Source: Octopus vulgaris (taxonomy: Eukaryota). From it: a stretch of DNA of 64,000 bases. Location: the NCBI GenBank assembly GCA_951406725.2, contig OX597830.1, positions 35,836,001 to 35,900,000 of the forward strand, written 5' to 3'. Shown here in pieces: positions 1 through 13,853 of the stretch. The notes below the pieces were generated by a model. That model worked only from the letters and a program-made list of their open reading frames with translations, searched no databases and was not told the origin of the DNA. Made by a program: the position numbers and the translations under genes. Each line of letters starts with the position of its first letter. The stretch's first letter is position 1.

Positions 1-215
1 TGATGATGACTAGACGACAACGGCGACCGCGACGATGATGATGATGACTACGACGAAAACGACGACGACGACAACGATGATGATGACGATGATGACTACG
101 ACGACAACGACGACCACGACGATGATGATGATGACTACGACGAAAACGACGACGATGACGACGACAACAATGATGATGATGATGATGATGATGATACCGA
201 GGACGACGATGCGAC
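1..215. repeat. Compound (GAT/GAC/AAC)n trinucleotide repeat
   Basis: Directly visible; explains the poly-T/M/V/I ORFs at 10-249. Confidence 0.95.
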
Positions 216-682
216 TTTTCTGACAATTATATCTTCCCCATGGAGACAATACGAAATTTCAGAAGACCGCATTAACAAAAAAAAAAACAAAAACAAAAAA
301 CAGAGAATCATATTTGGCGGGATGAGGTGGGACGGGTTGCGGAAGAATCAGAGAACTTTCTGAGCTGAACCAGACACAAAAACAAAGTCTCAACAAGTCA
401 ACATCCACATTTTGTTTTCTTTTTCTTTTTCTTTTTTTTTTATTCGTTAACCTAAACATTTTATATATTGGACATTACAATTATTTTTTACTACTTCACA
501 CTACTCTGCTATTAAAACTACAGGACAGTCATAAAAAAAAAAAACAAACAAACAAACAAAGCATTTAAAACATCTTTTTTTAATATTTGGCAACAAACAA
601 AGGATAGAATATATGCAAAACTGGACATCCCAATATGTTTATATTTTAACGATATCATAACCATTACCATCATCGTCATATT

Positions 683-683
683 T

Positions 684-757
<74 letters not shown>

Positions 758-771
758 CAGTTATTATTTTA

Positions 772-823
<52 letters not shown>

Positions 824-828
824 CATCA
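683..828. repeat. (ATT)n microsatellite
   Basis: Directly visible. Confidence 0.95.
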
Positions 829-1146
829 CGTAAATAAAATAGACATTATTAAACTCAAGTTTTGGCAATCTTTATAGTTAATATTCCTGTTGCACATTAA
901 CGTATTTATTTATAGAATTTTGTTTGCTGTCACACAATGGTTCTGTATAGAAGAATAGTCATTTCTTGGAAAGTACTACGTACACTTCATAGCTTCAATT
1001 AATAAAAATATTTCAAATGGAAAAATATTTATTTTGTTTTTCAACTAATAGCGTCTATACGAAGCGGAGCATAAGGGTAAATTCCATTTATGAAATTTAT
1101 TAAACGTACCATGAGCAAACAGACGTGAAGGGCAGTTCTCTCTTCT

Positions 1147-1585
1147 CTTTTATCTTTTACTTCTTCGTTCAGTCATGAGACTGCGGCCATGCTGGAGCAC
1201 CGCCTTCAATAATTTTTAGTCGAACGTGCTCATTCTTTTTCAGAATAGTACTTATTATATCGGTTTTTTTGCCGCGCCGCTAATTTGTGAGGAGGTAAAC
1301 ACGCCTTCACCGATTGTCAAGGGGTAGTGAGAGAGAGAGGCACAAACAAAAGACACACACACATTTACTGTGTATGTATATATATATATATTTGTGTGTA
1401 TACATGTGCGCGTGTACTACACACTTCTTTGAGATTCCGTCTACCAAATCAACATACGAGACCTTGGTCGATCCAAGTGTTCTCAAATGTGAAGAGGACA
1501 CTTGCGCAAGGTGGCACGCAGTGTGGCTGAACCGGTACTGTGTGGTTAGGAAGCGAACTTCTATCTACACAGCTACGCCGGCTCC
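1147..1585 (-). mobile_element. SINE family A, diverged full-length copy
   Basis: Reverse complement of the 8249-8635 element: head, cttgcgcaagtgtc core, internal (CA/TA) tract and ggcggtgctccagcatggccgcagtc tail. Confidence 0.85.
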
Positions 1586-1601
1586 TATTAAAAAAATTAT
1601 C

Positions 1602-1680
1602 TGTCAGAAGTGGGATTCGAACCCATGCACACATCCATAGACCAGTTATATATTTTTCATTTTTTTCCTTCCGTTCTGAC
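1602..1680 (-). pseudogene. tRNA-Leu remnant (3' half recognisable)
   Basis: Minus strand reads ctggtc...gcatgggttcgaatcccacttctgaca, matching the eukaryotic tRNA-Leu T-arm/acceptor end, then a T-run. A possible 5' start gtcagaacgg lies at 1680; D and anticodon arms are destroyed. Confidence 0.6.
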
Positions 1681-1756
1681 AATGGAGAAAAGATTAGTAC
1701 CATTAAACTTAACAGCTCGACTGTAGAAGCTGGTCTTCAAGCTATTAATATCTCGT

Positions 1757-2236
1757 TTAATCCTTTAGCGTTTAAACCGGTGATATCTGGTCCAAATATT
1801 TTTTCTCTTTTATGATCAAACTAGCCGGGTCTGGCCTTTTACACCAACATTGCAATGTCTTTCCTAAAGTAAAGAGTCACATCACTGAAAACACAAAGCT
1901 ACAAGACAATGCATGAGTAATTCAAAATAATGTAAATATATAGGCATTGCATTTGATAAAGTTATTTGGGAGGGTAAAGTTACTTTCTAGATTCATGCTG
2001 TCTCACAAGGGCCGGTTTCCCGGTTTCATGGCGTATAAATTCCCCACCCGGAGGGGACCCCAGTCTCTTGTATAATTACTCATTTTTGCCAGCTGAGTGG
2101 AATGGAGCAATGTGAAATGAAGTGTTTTGCTCAAGAACAAAACGCGTTGCCCGGTCCAGGACTCATGAGTTCAGCATTCCTAACTACTAAGCCACGCGCC
2201 TCGTTTGATAGCGTAATCTGAAATCTAAAGGGTTTA
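1757..2236. mobile_element. piggyBac-like MITE interrupted by a SINE
   Basis: Left end TTAA-tcctttagc; right end ctaaaggg-TTTA. Non-coding interior with a nested SINE C at about 2001-2202. Confidence 0.5.
2001..2202 (-). mobile_element. SINE family C
   Basis: Minus strand: tRNA-like head, ttcttgagcaaaacac...ttgctccattccactcagctggcaaaaatgagt core and gaaaccgggaaaccggccc tail, shared with the 17668 and 60757 copies. Confidence 0.75.
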
Positions 2237-2417
2237 CTCTTTAAAATTCAGTGCTGCAGGATAACATCTACAGGAAATATAAATTCAACGAGATTTCAGG
2301 GAGCGGATGAACTAGGAAGAAAGACGGAATAAAATGATTAGTACAAAAGAAGGATAAACTCCTTAAACCGAAGTGGCTGAGTTCGATGCTGCATTGTATG
2401 TGCTGAGAACCCTTTCG

Positions 2418-2696
2418 GGCATGACTGACCATGGGATTGCACCTAGAAAGTTACCCTCTCAGGCACAAGTCCGGTCAAGGTTGTTTATGGAAGGCCAGCA
2501 GTCGCCCATGCATTCTGGCCTCTCCACCAGTGTTATCCAAGGGAAAGGCAAAGGGGCCGATGCAGCTTGGCACCTGCGACATCGCAACTCATTTCTACAG
2601 CTGAGTGAACACAGCACGCAGCCCGGACTGGGATTCTAACTCACAACCTCGCGATCGTTAGCTCGACGCTCTAACCACTGAGTCATGCGCCTTCAC
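2418..2696 (-). mobile_element. SINE family C-related element with a different tail
   Basis: Minus head gtgaaggcgcatgactcagtggttagagcg...gagttagaatccc (A/B boxes) and core cactcagctgtagaaatgagt. Confidence 0.75.
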
Positions 2697-3513
2697 TACA
2701 TTGTATGTAGAAATATATTTATTTATGCATAAATATGTATGTGTTTGATTATAGAAGTATTTGTATATGCATGTACGTGTGGGTGTATATACGTGTGCGT
2801 TTGTTTGTGTGCGAATGTGTATGTGTGTCTATGTATATGTGTGCATGTATATATGAGTGCGTATCGTGCATGCGTGTGTGTATGCGCGCTTGTATGTGTA
2901 CGTGTGCATGTTCGTGTGTGAGCATGTGTATATGAGTGCATATGTGTACGTGCGTGAATGTATGTGTGCCTGTGTGTATATGTGTAAGTATATTTGCATG
3001 TAGTGTATATGTGCTTGTGTATATGACTATATCTGTAAGTGTGTGTGTGCATATGGGTGCAAATGCGTATGTGCTGGTATGTGTATGTGTGCATGTGAGT
3101 ACCTGTTCGTCTGTACATGTGTGCAGGATGTGTATGGATGCATGCGTATGTGTGAAAGTTTGACTGTATGTGCATGTGTGACTTTGGGTAGCCTGCCGAA
3201 AAAAAAATGAGAAATGGAAAATAGAAAATCAAAGGTGACAAGTACATGTGAAACGAAATATTTATCATTGTACGTTAGTGCAATATCAAACATTAAATGA
3301 CATTCTGTTCATAGCAGTTAAGGACATAGATTGACCAGACAAGATCAAGTGATAATACTATCGAAATATGATGGTGTAGTTCACCCTGAAGAATTTCATC
3401 ATAACTAGCGTTTTATAGCCGTTTCACTAGGCATATAATATTAATATTTCTATTCTGAACTGTAAAGGCCACGGAATTACACCTAGAAAGTTACTCTCCG
3501 AGTAACATACATA

Positions 3514-3545
<32 letters not shown>

Positions 3546-3581
3546 CATATATCTATCATATATATATATATATGTATGTAT

Positions 3582-3679
<98 letters not shown>

Positions 3680-3683
3680 AAAT

Positions 3684-3887
3684 GTGACCGCGTGTGTACC
3701 GTTGGCGATTTTTCCCCTCCGTCTTCCCTTCTCTGGATCTTTCCTTTTCCTATGTTTCTGACGAAGAGCTCCGCTCGAAACGTTAAGCCCTCCTTCTTCC
3801 CTTCCTTCCTGAGCGTCCAATAATACTATATTTGTTCCACGTCCTCGCGTTGTTGTGTTTTCTCTTTGTGTTTTCATGTTTGGATTA

Positions 3888-3890
<3 letters not shown>
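3684..3890 (+). mobile_element. Penelope-like terminal-repeat fragment with hammerhead-like core
   Basis: CTGACGA-a-gagc/gctc-GAAA-cgtt at 3758-3784. A near-identical inverted copy lies at 43787-43985; both sit in (TA)n. Confidence 0.7.
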
Positions 3891-3936
<46 letters not shown>

Positions 3937-4109
3937 TATATATAAAGATGTATGTATCTATACGTACGTATATGTATAATGTTTGTATATATATATATAT
4001 ATGATGTATGTATGTTTAATATATACATATGTGTGTATGTATGATTGTAAGTATGAAGTTATGCATGCAAATATATCTATGTATCACTAAAATATGTTCT
4101 AATTTTATT

Positions 4110-4300
4110 TCTATTTGATCCTGCCGTTATTATTCCAATTTGGTGGTTGCTGAATATGAAAGTTTAATAGTTTGCCTGTTAAAAAGTCCTTGATATTTGT
4201 GATAAGGTGAAAATTTCTGTCCATCAATTCATAAAAGATTTTCGCAGTCGGAGTTTTAATATCATTTATGAAGAGAGGATGAAACCAGCGATTTTGGTAC
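4110..4300 (-). pseudogene. Penelope-like element ORF remnant (RT to GIY-YIG linker)
   Basis: Minus-strand translation RWFHPLFINDIKTPTAKIFYELMDRNF/PYHKYQGLFNRQTIKLSYS (one frameshift) fits the PLE motif WFNPPF..VKT.IGK.F..L.DKHF...HKY..IFNR.TVKLSYS. Confidence 0.65.
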
Positions 4301-4773
4301 TTACTTCATTTTTATAGTATAACTGTTAGTCCAACAATTCCCAGGGCATGAGATTATGAGAATCAAATCGACGTTCTGAGAATTAGCATGTCCAGTGTCC
4401 TTTCTATCACTCATTATTTTGTTTTGATTATAACTGGGGTTTTTTTTATTTTCAGTGGAGACTATCGCCTTCAGTTCTAGCGTTATTAGCTATGGTGGAT
4501 TTAGTAGGTTTTAATGTGAGCCGAGTCCTGTCAATTGTTACTACATAAAATATGAATTGTAATTATAGAATTACAATTATTATTAACGCGGAACGCTTGT
4601 TTAAGCTTCAGGTTGTTAAACACTACATTTAAGGGTTGTTATTGTAATATTCAACCTTATTTCTAAATAGCCTACTGCTCGCAGAAAGGTTAGAAATCCT
4701 AACAGAAACAGTTCAAAGCTGTTTCTAACATATTTACTCCATAAGTAAAGGCACTCTCATTTCCTTTCTTTCT

Positions 4774-4815
<42 letters not shown>

Positions 4816-4899
4816 AAAAATATTTATATGTGTGCGCGCGTGGTGTGTCTATCTACCTAACTAGCCATCTATAAATACGCAATTACATATGTGTGTACA

Positions 4900-5238
<339 letters not shown>

Positions 5239-5495
5239 TGCAGTCTTATTATATTTAATATTATAAACATTGAGTGAGGAAAAAGCAATGAGCTGTTTTG
5301 TCCTCCAGAGATAAAATACTGAGATAACAGCAAACATTGTCATTAAATGATAGCCTTCCACAAACATTTAGCAGATGCAATAAATAATTTTAATATCATT
5401 GAGTTTTTTATGATCATATCAATAGTATTAAAGGTATGTGATGTAGCAGAAGTATAACTTTGTCAAGCAAAATTTAGCTGCAGTATATATTGTAT

Positions 5496-5544
<49 letters not shown>

Positions 5545-5598
5545 AGTATATATACATATATACATACATACATATATATATATACATACACACACACA

Positions 5599-7100
5599 CT
5601 TTTATTAGTCTTATCTCGTGGCCTAAGGCCATGCTGAGGCGGTACCGCCGTTGGGTAGCTACACTTTCTTTACTTGAAACCCTCTCTGGTATGTCGAATT
5701 TGCTGAATGAGAGAGAGAGTCTGATGCCGCTGCCCTCATCTATGTTTCTTGCCATGAGGTAAGCTCATCCGGAATCCTCGATAGGAAGAGGTCCAGTTTC
5801 GCTCTCAAGGTACCTACATCCACACCATGCAGTTCTCTCAAGCTTTTGAGGAAATATATTGAGGCATTGAGGTCCCTTGAACCCCAATCTATCGCAGTAA
5901 TTCGTACTATATTTTGATGGTGGTATTGAGATCTTTGGCACAATACTGTGACCTGCCGTTCACTGTTTGGGTAGCTTTCCATGCTAAAGCTTCATAATTT
6001 ATTTTGGCAGAAGTTTTCAGACGTATATCACCGCACATCTTTCCCGCCTTATTGTATCTGTATCCCATGGTGTTCTAGTTATGAACAGTTATGAATCAGC
6101 CTTTCCCACTAGCTGACCTGTCGAATTGAGACGATATCTTTCGAGTAGTTTCTCTGGATTGCTTCCATTTTCTCCGTTAATTTTACACTATGCAATGACC
6201 ATAGTTGGGAGCATGTTTCCTATCTCCTCGTTCTGAGAAGTTCTAAGGATCCGTCCGGGAAAGATACATTATTGCTCATGTCAATGCCTAGATCACGCAC
6301 TGATTTTGATTTCCGGATTGCAGTCTCTTTCGTCTACATTTCATTTAACTTCTTGTGTTAGTAGCGCAGTACTTGGACATTTCCAGTATTAAACTGCACG
6401 TTATTGCCCTTAGTTCACCTATATATAACATCCAACTCCTATTGCAGGTGTGCAACATTTGGTTTCCGTATCCTCCGAGAGAGTTTTGTACCATCTCTGT
6501 AGCTGAAGGAATATCTGAGAGGGCCATTATGATTAACAGTGAGCCTAACATGTGGAAGAACACTCATATATATAACATTTGTTTTCTTGCATGTGGCTCA
6601 ATTTCTCACTGCTATCTTAAAATGCCCTTAAGTTGGGATGCCCGTAAGGCTTGTGACGTATCATACTATGGCGAAATTTATCAAAGACTGTATCAGGAAG
6701 CTTCTATTAGGTCGAAATCTATGCTGGGTATCAGTCAGTAAGTCATTTTATTCAATGATTGGTTACCTTCTTAATATACGTTCTATGACTTTGCTGCTGT
6801 ATGAGATCAGAGACATAGGCCTATAGTTTTTGACATCTGCTCTGCTTCCTTCTTCAGCTTGCATGGGAGCTTACCACTCACAAGGAAGCTCTGAAAAAAA
6901 AGTTGCAGGAGTTTTGCAAGGGCTGGTTTGCCTGATTTGAGAAGGTTTGCAGAGAATCAATTAAGACTAGCAGCTGAGTTTACGTCTACCTAATCTATAT
7001 ATGGATACAAACACACACCGTTCGAAACTGATGATATATTCAATTATGACTCAGAGTTAGCCCTCTATGTGTAATATTTTGATAGCAAGGAATTTTGAAG
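5599..7100 (-). mobile_element. Decayed CR1/L2-like LINE: RT and C-terminal region plus 3' UTR
   Basis: Minus-strand fragments in order: SAA..FSANLLK..LAKLLQLFF, ADVKNYRPMSLIS..KVIERIL, LLTDTQHRFRPNRS, LGSLLIIMALSDIP, NNVQFNTG, VRDLGIDMSNN, EAIQRNYSK, RRERCAVIY, KSLRELHGVDVGTLRAKLDLFLSRIPDE. Many stops and deletions. Confidence 0.85.
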
Positions 7101-7847
7101 TTCACAGGTGAAGTAAGAAATGTTGCAATACAATGGATTAAATCATCAGTTTCTAAAGAATGTACAATGATTACTTTAAGGTAACATCAAATTCTTTCAA
7201 ATAAAGCTACTACCAACATTCTTACATGTTGTGAAATCCATGTAGATGCATCGCTAACTTTTTGTTTAACTTCTTTGGCATCTAACGTTTTATAATACGC
7301 ACTTTTAAACCATAGTTGAAAATAAAATGCTCAGCTAAAGACCATTAGCATTCTGATCGTAATTTAGAACCGTTGTCTCCTTGCTTTTATAAACGCTCAA
7401 CATCATTCAGATAATGAAAATTTTTTCTATAACCTAACCGATAAATTTAGTTAATGAGAGTCCTTGATATATATGTTCATCAAAATTCTATTTATAGTTT
7501 AGTAATTATTACTGACTTTCAAACACTCCATAAATCTATTTCTTTCTTCAAAGGATTCCTTGCACATATAACTAACTCATCGACGTCACCTAAAAACTAC
7601 ATCTTCTTGCCAATTTACTAGTTTCATTCTTTCAATTCCAATGGCATTTTCTCGTCATTTGAACCAACCACTGTAATCTCAAGGTTTAAATTTCACCTGC
7701 CCTAACAGGCGTGACAATAAAACTATTAATACACTCGTTTATTTTGCCCTTTTCTCCTATTTCTACACTATTCTACGACCTCTATTCAACTGAGACGTTA
7801 GATATTCATACAACAATAATATTATGTGTTAGAATATAAAAAAATAA

Positions 7848-8000
7848 TGTGTGTTTGGTGAAGAATTTGTTTCAAAGGACGTGGTTTTGGTTTCAGTCTC
7901 GTTGCGCATCACTTTGGAAAAGTGACTACTACTCTAGCCGCGGGTCGACCAATGCTTTTTAAAGGAATTTCGTTGCTGGAAACTGTATAAAAGTTTGTCG
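7848..8000 (+). mobile_element. SINE A, decayed 5' half
   Basis: Degenerate match to 8249-8410. Similar half copies at 21520-21690 and 52125-52285; a 3' half at 9790-10005. Confidence 0.6.
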
Positions 8001-8014
8001 TGTATATGTATATG

Positions 8015-8073
<59 letters not shown>

Positions 8074-8204
8074 ATATAAACATATACATATACATATATA
8101 CATATATATACATACATACATACATACATACATACACACACATATATATACATACATACATACATACATACATACACACACATATATATACATACATATA
8201 TATA

Positions 8205-8248
<44 letters not shown>

Positions 8249-8250
<2 letters not shown>

Positions 8251-8633
8251 CGCAGGAGTGGCTGTGTGGTAAGTAGCTTGCTAACCAACCACATGGTTGC
8301 GGGTTCAGTCCACTGCGTGGCATCTTGGGCAAGTGTCTTCTGCTATAGCCCCGGGCCGACCAATGCCTTGTGAGTGGATTTGGTAGACGGAAACTGAAAG
8401 AAGCCTGTCGTATATATGTATATATATATATGTGTGTGTGTATGTGTTTGTCCCCCTAGCATTGCTTGACAACCGATGCTGGTAAGTTTACGTCCCCGTC
8501 ACTTAGCGGTTCGGCAAAAGAGACCGATAGAATAAGAACTGGGCTTACAAAGAATAAGTTCCGGGGTCGATTTGATCGACTAAAGGTGGTGCTCCAGCTT
8601 GGCCGCAGTCAAATGACTGAAACAAGTAAAAGA

Positions 8634-8635
<2 letters not shown>
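8249..8635 (+). mobile_element. SINE family A, full-length young copy
   Basis: ggcgcaggagtggctgtgtggtaag (A-box-like), ggttcagtcc (B-box-like), cttgggcaagtgtc core, central (TA/TG)n, tail ggtgctccagcttggccgcagtcaaatgactgaaacaagtaaaagag. More than ten homologous copies in the window. Confidence 0.9.
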
Positions 8636-8666
<31 letters not shown>

Positions 8667-8706
8667 GAAAGAGGGTAGATGGATTATACGTGAATTTTCA
8701 TTATTA

Positions 8707-8777
8707 ATCATGACAATTGTTTCGACACATCTAGCATCGATCCCATATGGCTGTGCAGATGTGTCTCATTGGGTGAT
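8707..8777 (-). ncRNA. Minimal type I hammerhead-ribozyme-like motif (Penelope type), decayed
   Basis: Minus: atcac-CCAATGA-gacacatct(24 nt)agatgtgtc-GAAA-caattg-TC-atgat. Perfect 9-bp helix II, palindromic helix III, GUC site. Confidence 0.6.
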
Positions 8778-8956
8778 AAGTAGATACTACTCGTTAAAAT
8801 AACAAATCTGCAATATCATTTCTCATTTCGCAGAAAGAAAAGCGACAAACGAATGAAATGTCTTCCTTTATGAAGAAGATCAAAAATAAAAATCACAGAT
8901 GCAAAATAGAAGCGAACACGCAATACACCGAAAAACGTATTAAAAGAATATATATA

Positions 8957-9304
8957 GGCGCTGGAGTGGCTGTGTGGCAAGTAGCTTGCTTACCAAACAC
9001 ATAGTTCCGGGTTCAATCCCAAGTGTCTTCTACTATAGCCTCGGTTCGACCAAAGCCTTGTGAGTGGATTTGCTAAACGGAAACTGATAGAAGCCCGTCG
9101 TATATGTGTATGTGTGTGTATGTAACATACCAACTTCGTTGGTATGTTTACGTCCCCATAACTTAGCGCTTCAGCAAAAGACAGCCGATAGAATAAGTAC
9201 TAGGGATACAAAGAAGAAGTCCTATTGTCGATTTGTTCGACTAAGGTCGGTGCTCCAGCGTGGCCGCAGTCAAATAACTGAAACAAATAAAAAAGAATAA
9301 AAGA
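8957..9304 (+). mobile_element. SINE family A
   Basis: Same head, core and tail as 8249-8635, with small deletions. Confidence 0.9.
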
Positions 9305-9331
9305 ATATATATATATATATATATATATATA

Positions 9332-9459
<128 letters not shown>

Positions 9460-9561
9460 TGTCCCATATATGACTAAAAGACTTCACCTGGTGGTGCTAT
9501 TGAGTTTGACATGGTCTAGTCCTATACTGGCCGAAACCTATCAAAGTTATCAATGTTATAT

Positions 9562-9664
<103 letters not shown>

Positions 9665-10252
9665 TTGTTATAGATATATACACGTATGTATGTATATATA
9701 TATGTGTGTGTGTGCATGCATGAATCAATGGATGGATAGATATTGGGGTGTATGCATGTATATATGTACGTATATGTCTGTGCATGTGTGCATGTCTTTT
9801 TACTCTTCTCTCACTCCAACAGTTGACAACAGGTATTCGTCTTTTTAAGTTATCGTGACCTAGCGATTCGAAAAAATGTCTAATGGGGGTAAATATAAAA
9901 CTTGAAAGAAATAATGAATGGGATTGAATCATTCGACTTCATTCTTCAAGGTGTTCTTCCAGTATGGCTACGGCCCAATGGCTGAAACAAGAAGTAAAAG
10001 ATACAAAAATAAAACGATAAAAACCGAAGGGTTGATCGGTGGAAAAACGACAAAAAAAAATGCTCCGTAAAAACAGAGTTTAATTATTTGTTCAAAACTG
10101 AATATTTCGAAGATGGCTGCACCACGAGATTAGTCTTATATATTTGTGCGTTAATTCAGGTGACAAAGACAGAATTCCAGTATACCAAGATGGGGAGAAA
10201 ATGTAATGGACTGTAGTGTGCAGGGTGAAGATCAAATGAATACGCATACCAG

Positions 10253-10254
<2 letters not shown>

Positions 10255-10283
<29 letters not shown>

Positions 10284-10368
10284 TGTATGTATGTATGTAT
10301 GTATGTATGTATGTATGTATGTATGTATGTATGCATGTATGTATGCATGTATGTATGTATGTATGTAT
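10255..10368. repeat. (TATG)n microsatellite
   Basis: Directly visible; source of the MYVC-repeat ORFs. Confidence 0.95.
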
Positions 10369-10650
10369 ATCGCAAAGCCTTTCGGGTTTATTGATAAAAA
10401 ATATTATTTATGTAGTATCAAGACAATTTCAGTATATATTAACTAAATTTGACTAAAATGGATGGGTGAGCGTTTGGCCAATTAGATTCGCAAGGAGCCA
10501 TGATAGTGTCGATTTGTGAGTTCGATTCTGCCTGAGGTTAGCTCATCATTCTTCAATCATTTGTTTATATCTAAAAATTGTCGCTTCAAATAGGAGAATA
10601 AATATCATAATAATATATATTATATACAGTTATTATATATATATACACAG

Positions 10651-10687
<37 letters not shown>

Positions 10688-11159
10688 GAGGGGCACATAT
10701 GTACAAATATATTATATTTAAGCATTAGTGTGGACATGCGTGTGTGAAGGTATTTATGTTTATATATATACATCTGTATTTATGTATGGTAAATATATGT
10801 AAACATATATAGATACAGATATATTCGTTTGTATATATTTACATATGTATGGACAGATATAGATATACATGTGTATGGTTATGTATGTATGTACATGTGG
10901 GTGTGAATACGCATGTATAAATGTATTTTGCTTATGTATATGAATGTATCTTGCTCGAGTATATAAATACATCTAAATGTACATGCATATATAAACGTTT
11001 ATGTACATATAAGTATATATAAATGTATGTATATATACATACATATATATATATGTATATATATATATATTTCCTTATGCACATATATAAACATTTATGT
11101 ATATATACATATATGAATACACACACGAATTTATATATATGTATATATATATGTATATA

Positions 11160-11215
<56 letters not shown>

Positions 11216-11288
11216 TATATATATAAATGTACAGATATATATATATATATAGATAGACATATATACCGATAAACTCTCTCTTTCTCTT

Positions 11289-11324
<36 letters not shown>

Positions 11325-11725
11325 TCTTTCTCACGCACTTACACATACACACATACAACAAAAACAAACAGAAATTGCAGAGAATAAAAACAACAACAAC
11401 AACAATAAACACAACAACAATAGAGAAAAGATGAAATATCACGTTTTGATTTGAAAGCCATAAACAGAATCAAGGCATTTTTACAACTAATCTGTCGAGA
11501 GTAGAACAGTCAGTCACACAAACAAACGCCAGTTAATTTATTGTCCATAGATCAAAGTCCATTGTATTGAATTTATTGCTCATTTCTTGACTATTTTCTC
11601 TTTTCCTTGCCATCTCTCTTACAATCTATTTTCTCTTTATTTTTACTCTGATATTTCTTATTCTTCTTATTTTGTTTTTGTTTCCATCTCACATTTGTCT
11701 CTCCTCCTTCTCGCTCACTCACTCA

Positions 11726-11762
<37 letters not shown>

Positions 11763-11853
11763 TCTATCTCTCTCTCTCACTCTCTCTATCTCTCCCTCTC
11801 TTTCCATATATATGTGGTGGGGTGTAAGTGTGTTTGTATATACATACATATAC

Positions 11854-11916
<63 letters not shown>

Positions 11917-12026
11917 CATGAGTACATATACATGTTTATATTTATATACATATACATACATATGCAGATTAACATAGGATACCACGTACAGACACGTTTT
12001 AATGTATATGTATGTATGTATGTATG

Positions 12027-12057
<31 letters not shown>

Positions 12058-12071
12058 TTATATATAATGTT

Positions 12072-12133
<62 letters not shown>

Positions 12134-12142
12134 TATACATAT

Positions 12143-12178
<36 letters not shown>

Positions 12179-12215
12179 GTGTGTCAGCGGATCTACACAT
12201 AGCTGCATACATAAA

Positions 12216-12278
<63 letters not shown>

Positions 12279-12541
12279 AAGATCGAGAGAGAGAGAGAGT
12301 TGCTGTGCGCTGTGTCAGTGCGTGAGATTGCGTACGGGTTCATGTGTACATAGATACGTAAACGATCAGTGACATAAAAGAAATTATGTGACCATACATA
12401 AACAGAAGAATGCATAGACACACACACACACACACACACACATGTACACATACATACGTATACGGCACACGCACAAACACCTATACACAAATACATATAC
12501 ACACACGCGTACACACATATGTATATATATCAGTGTATGTT

Positions 12542-12584
<43 letters not shown>

Positions 12585-12893
12585 ACGTGTTAAATCGTTT
12601 GGAAACCAGAGCGACTGCTGCCATAAAATTTCATTTGAAGAAGTAATATTTGTTTATTTCCTTATCCTAAATATAATTTGTACAAATACAGTGAGAGATA
12701 GCAATAGAACTTATGATGGTGTCTTTGTTAGGCGGCTGATAGACCCTTAGATATCCAGCAATAGAAGCAGCTGTATGTATGTGCGCGTGTGTGTGTATAT
12801 GTGTGTGTGATTGCATGCATCTATGTAAGTATGTATACACACATATATATACGTATATATATATGTGAGTCTGTGTGTATCTGTATGACACGC

Positions 12894-12931
<38 letters not shown>

Positions 12932-13113
12932 ATTAATAGAGTTAGAGAAAAAGTGTTATAGAGAGAGCGTGAGAGAGAGAAAGACGAGGTGATTTACAAA
13001 GGCTTGATAGAAACAGAAAAAAATAAATATATTAGTAGATATTTAAACAGATGAATAGATCGTAAGCTAACTTGTTACATAAATAGATAGATTTCACAGA
13101 CAGACAGACGGTT

Positions 13114-13272
<159 letters not shown>

Positions 13273-13283
13273 CAGATAGATAA

Positions 13284-13350
<67 letters not shown>

Positions 13351-13697
13351 TACACCTCTATACACTCTAGAGAATACAAGCTAATAAACACACTTCCAAT
13401 GGATAAATCGATGTGTGGGTATATATATAAATATGTACATATATGTATATATATACATATATTTATCATATACTTATATACACATATATGTATATAAATA
13501 TATACATACATATACTCATATATATATACATTTATATACGTGTACATATGTACGTATATATGTATATATATCCTAATGTACACTTATACATATATGTATA
13601 TACATATGTACATGTATATATAGATATATATACACATATTTACACATATATTTACATATTTATATGTACGCGCATATGTATATAATATGTATATATA

Positions 13698-13740
<43 letters not shown>

Positions 13741-13743
13741 GTA

Positions 13744-13853
<110 letters not shown>

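Noticed and set aside
7130-7800. Possible pogo/Tigger-like transposase relic on the minus strand (SGWFK*R)
   Set aside because: Only one short motif; no TIRs or DDE residues could be traced.
9505-9545. Further hammerhead-like traces (ggccGAAAcc here; CTGAAGA...GAAAACATGTA at 43437-43500)
   Set aside because: Core or helix I too degenerate to separate from chance.
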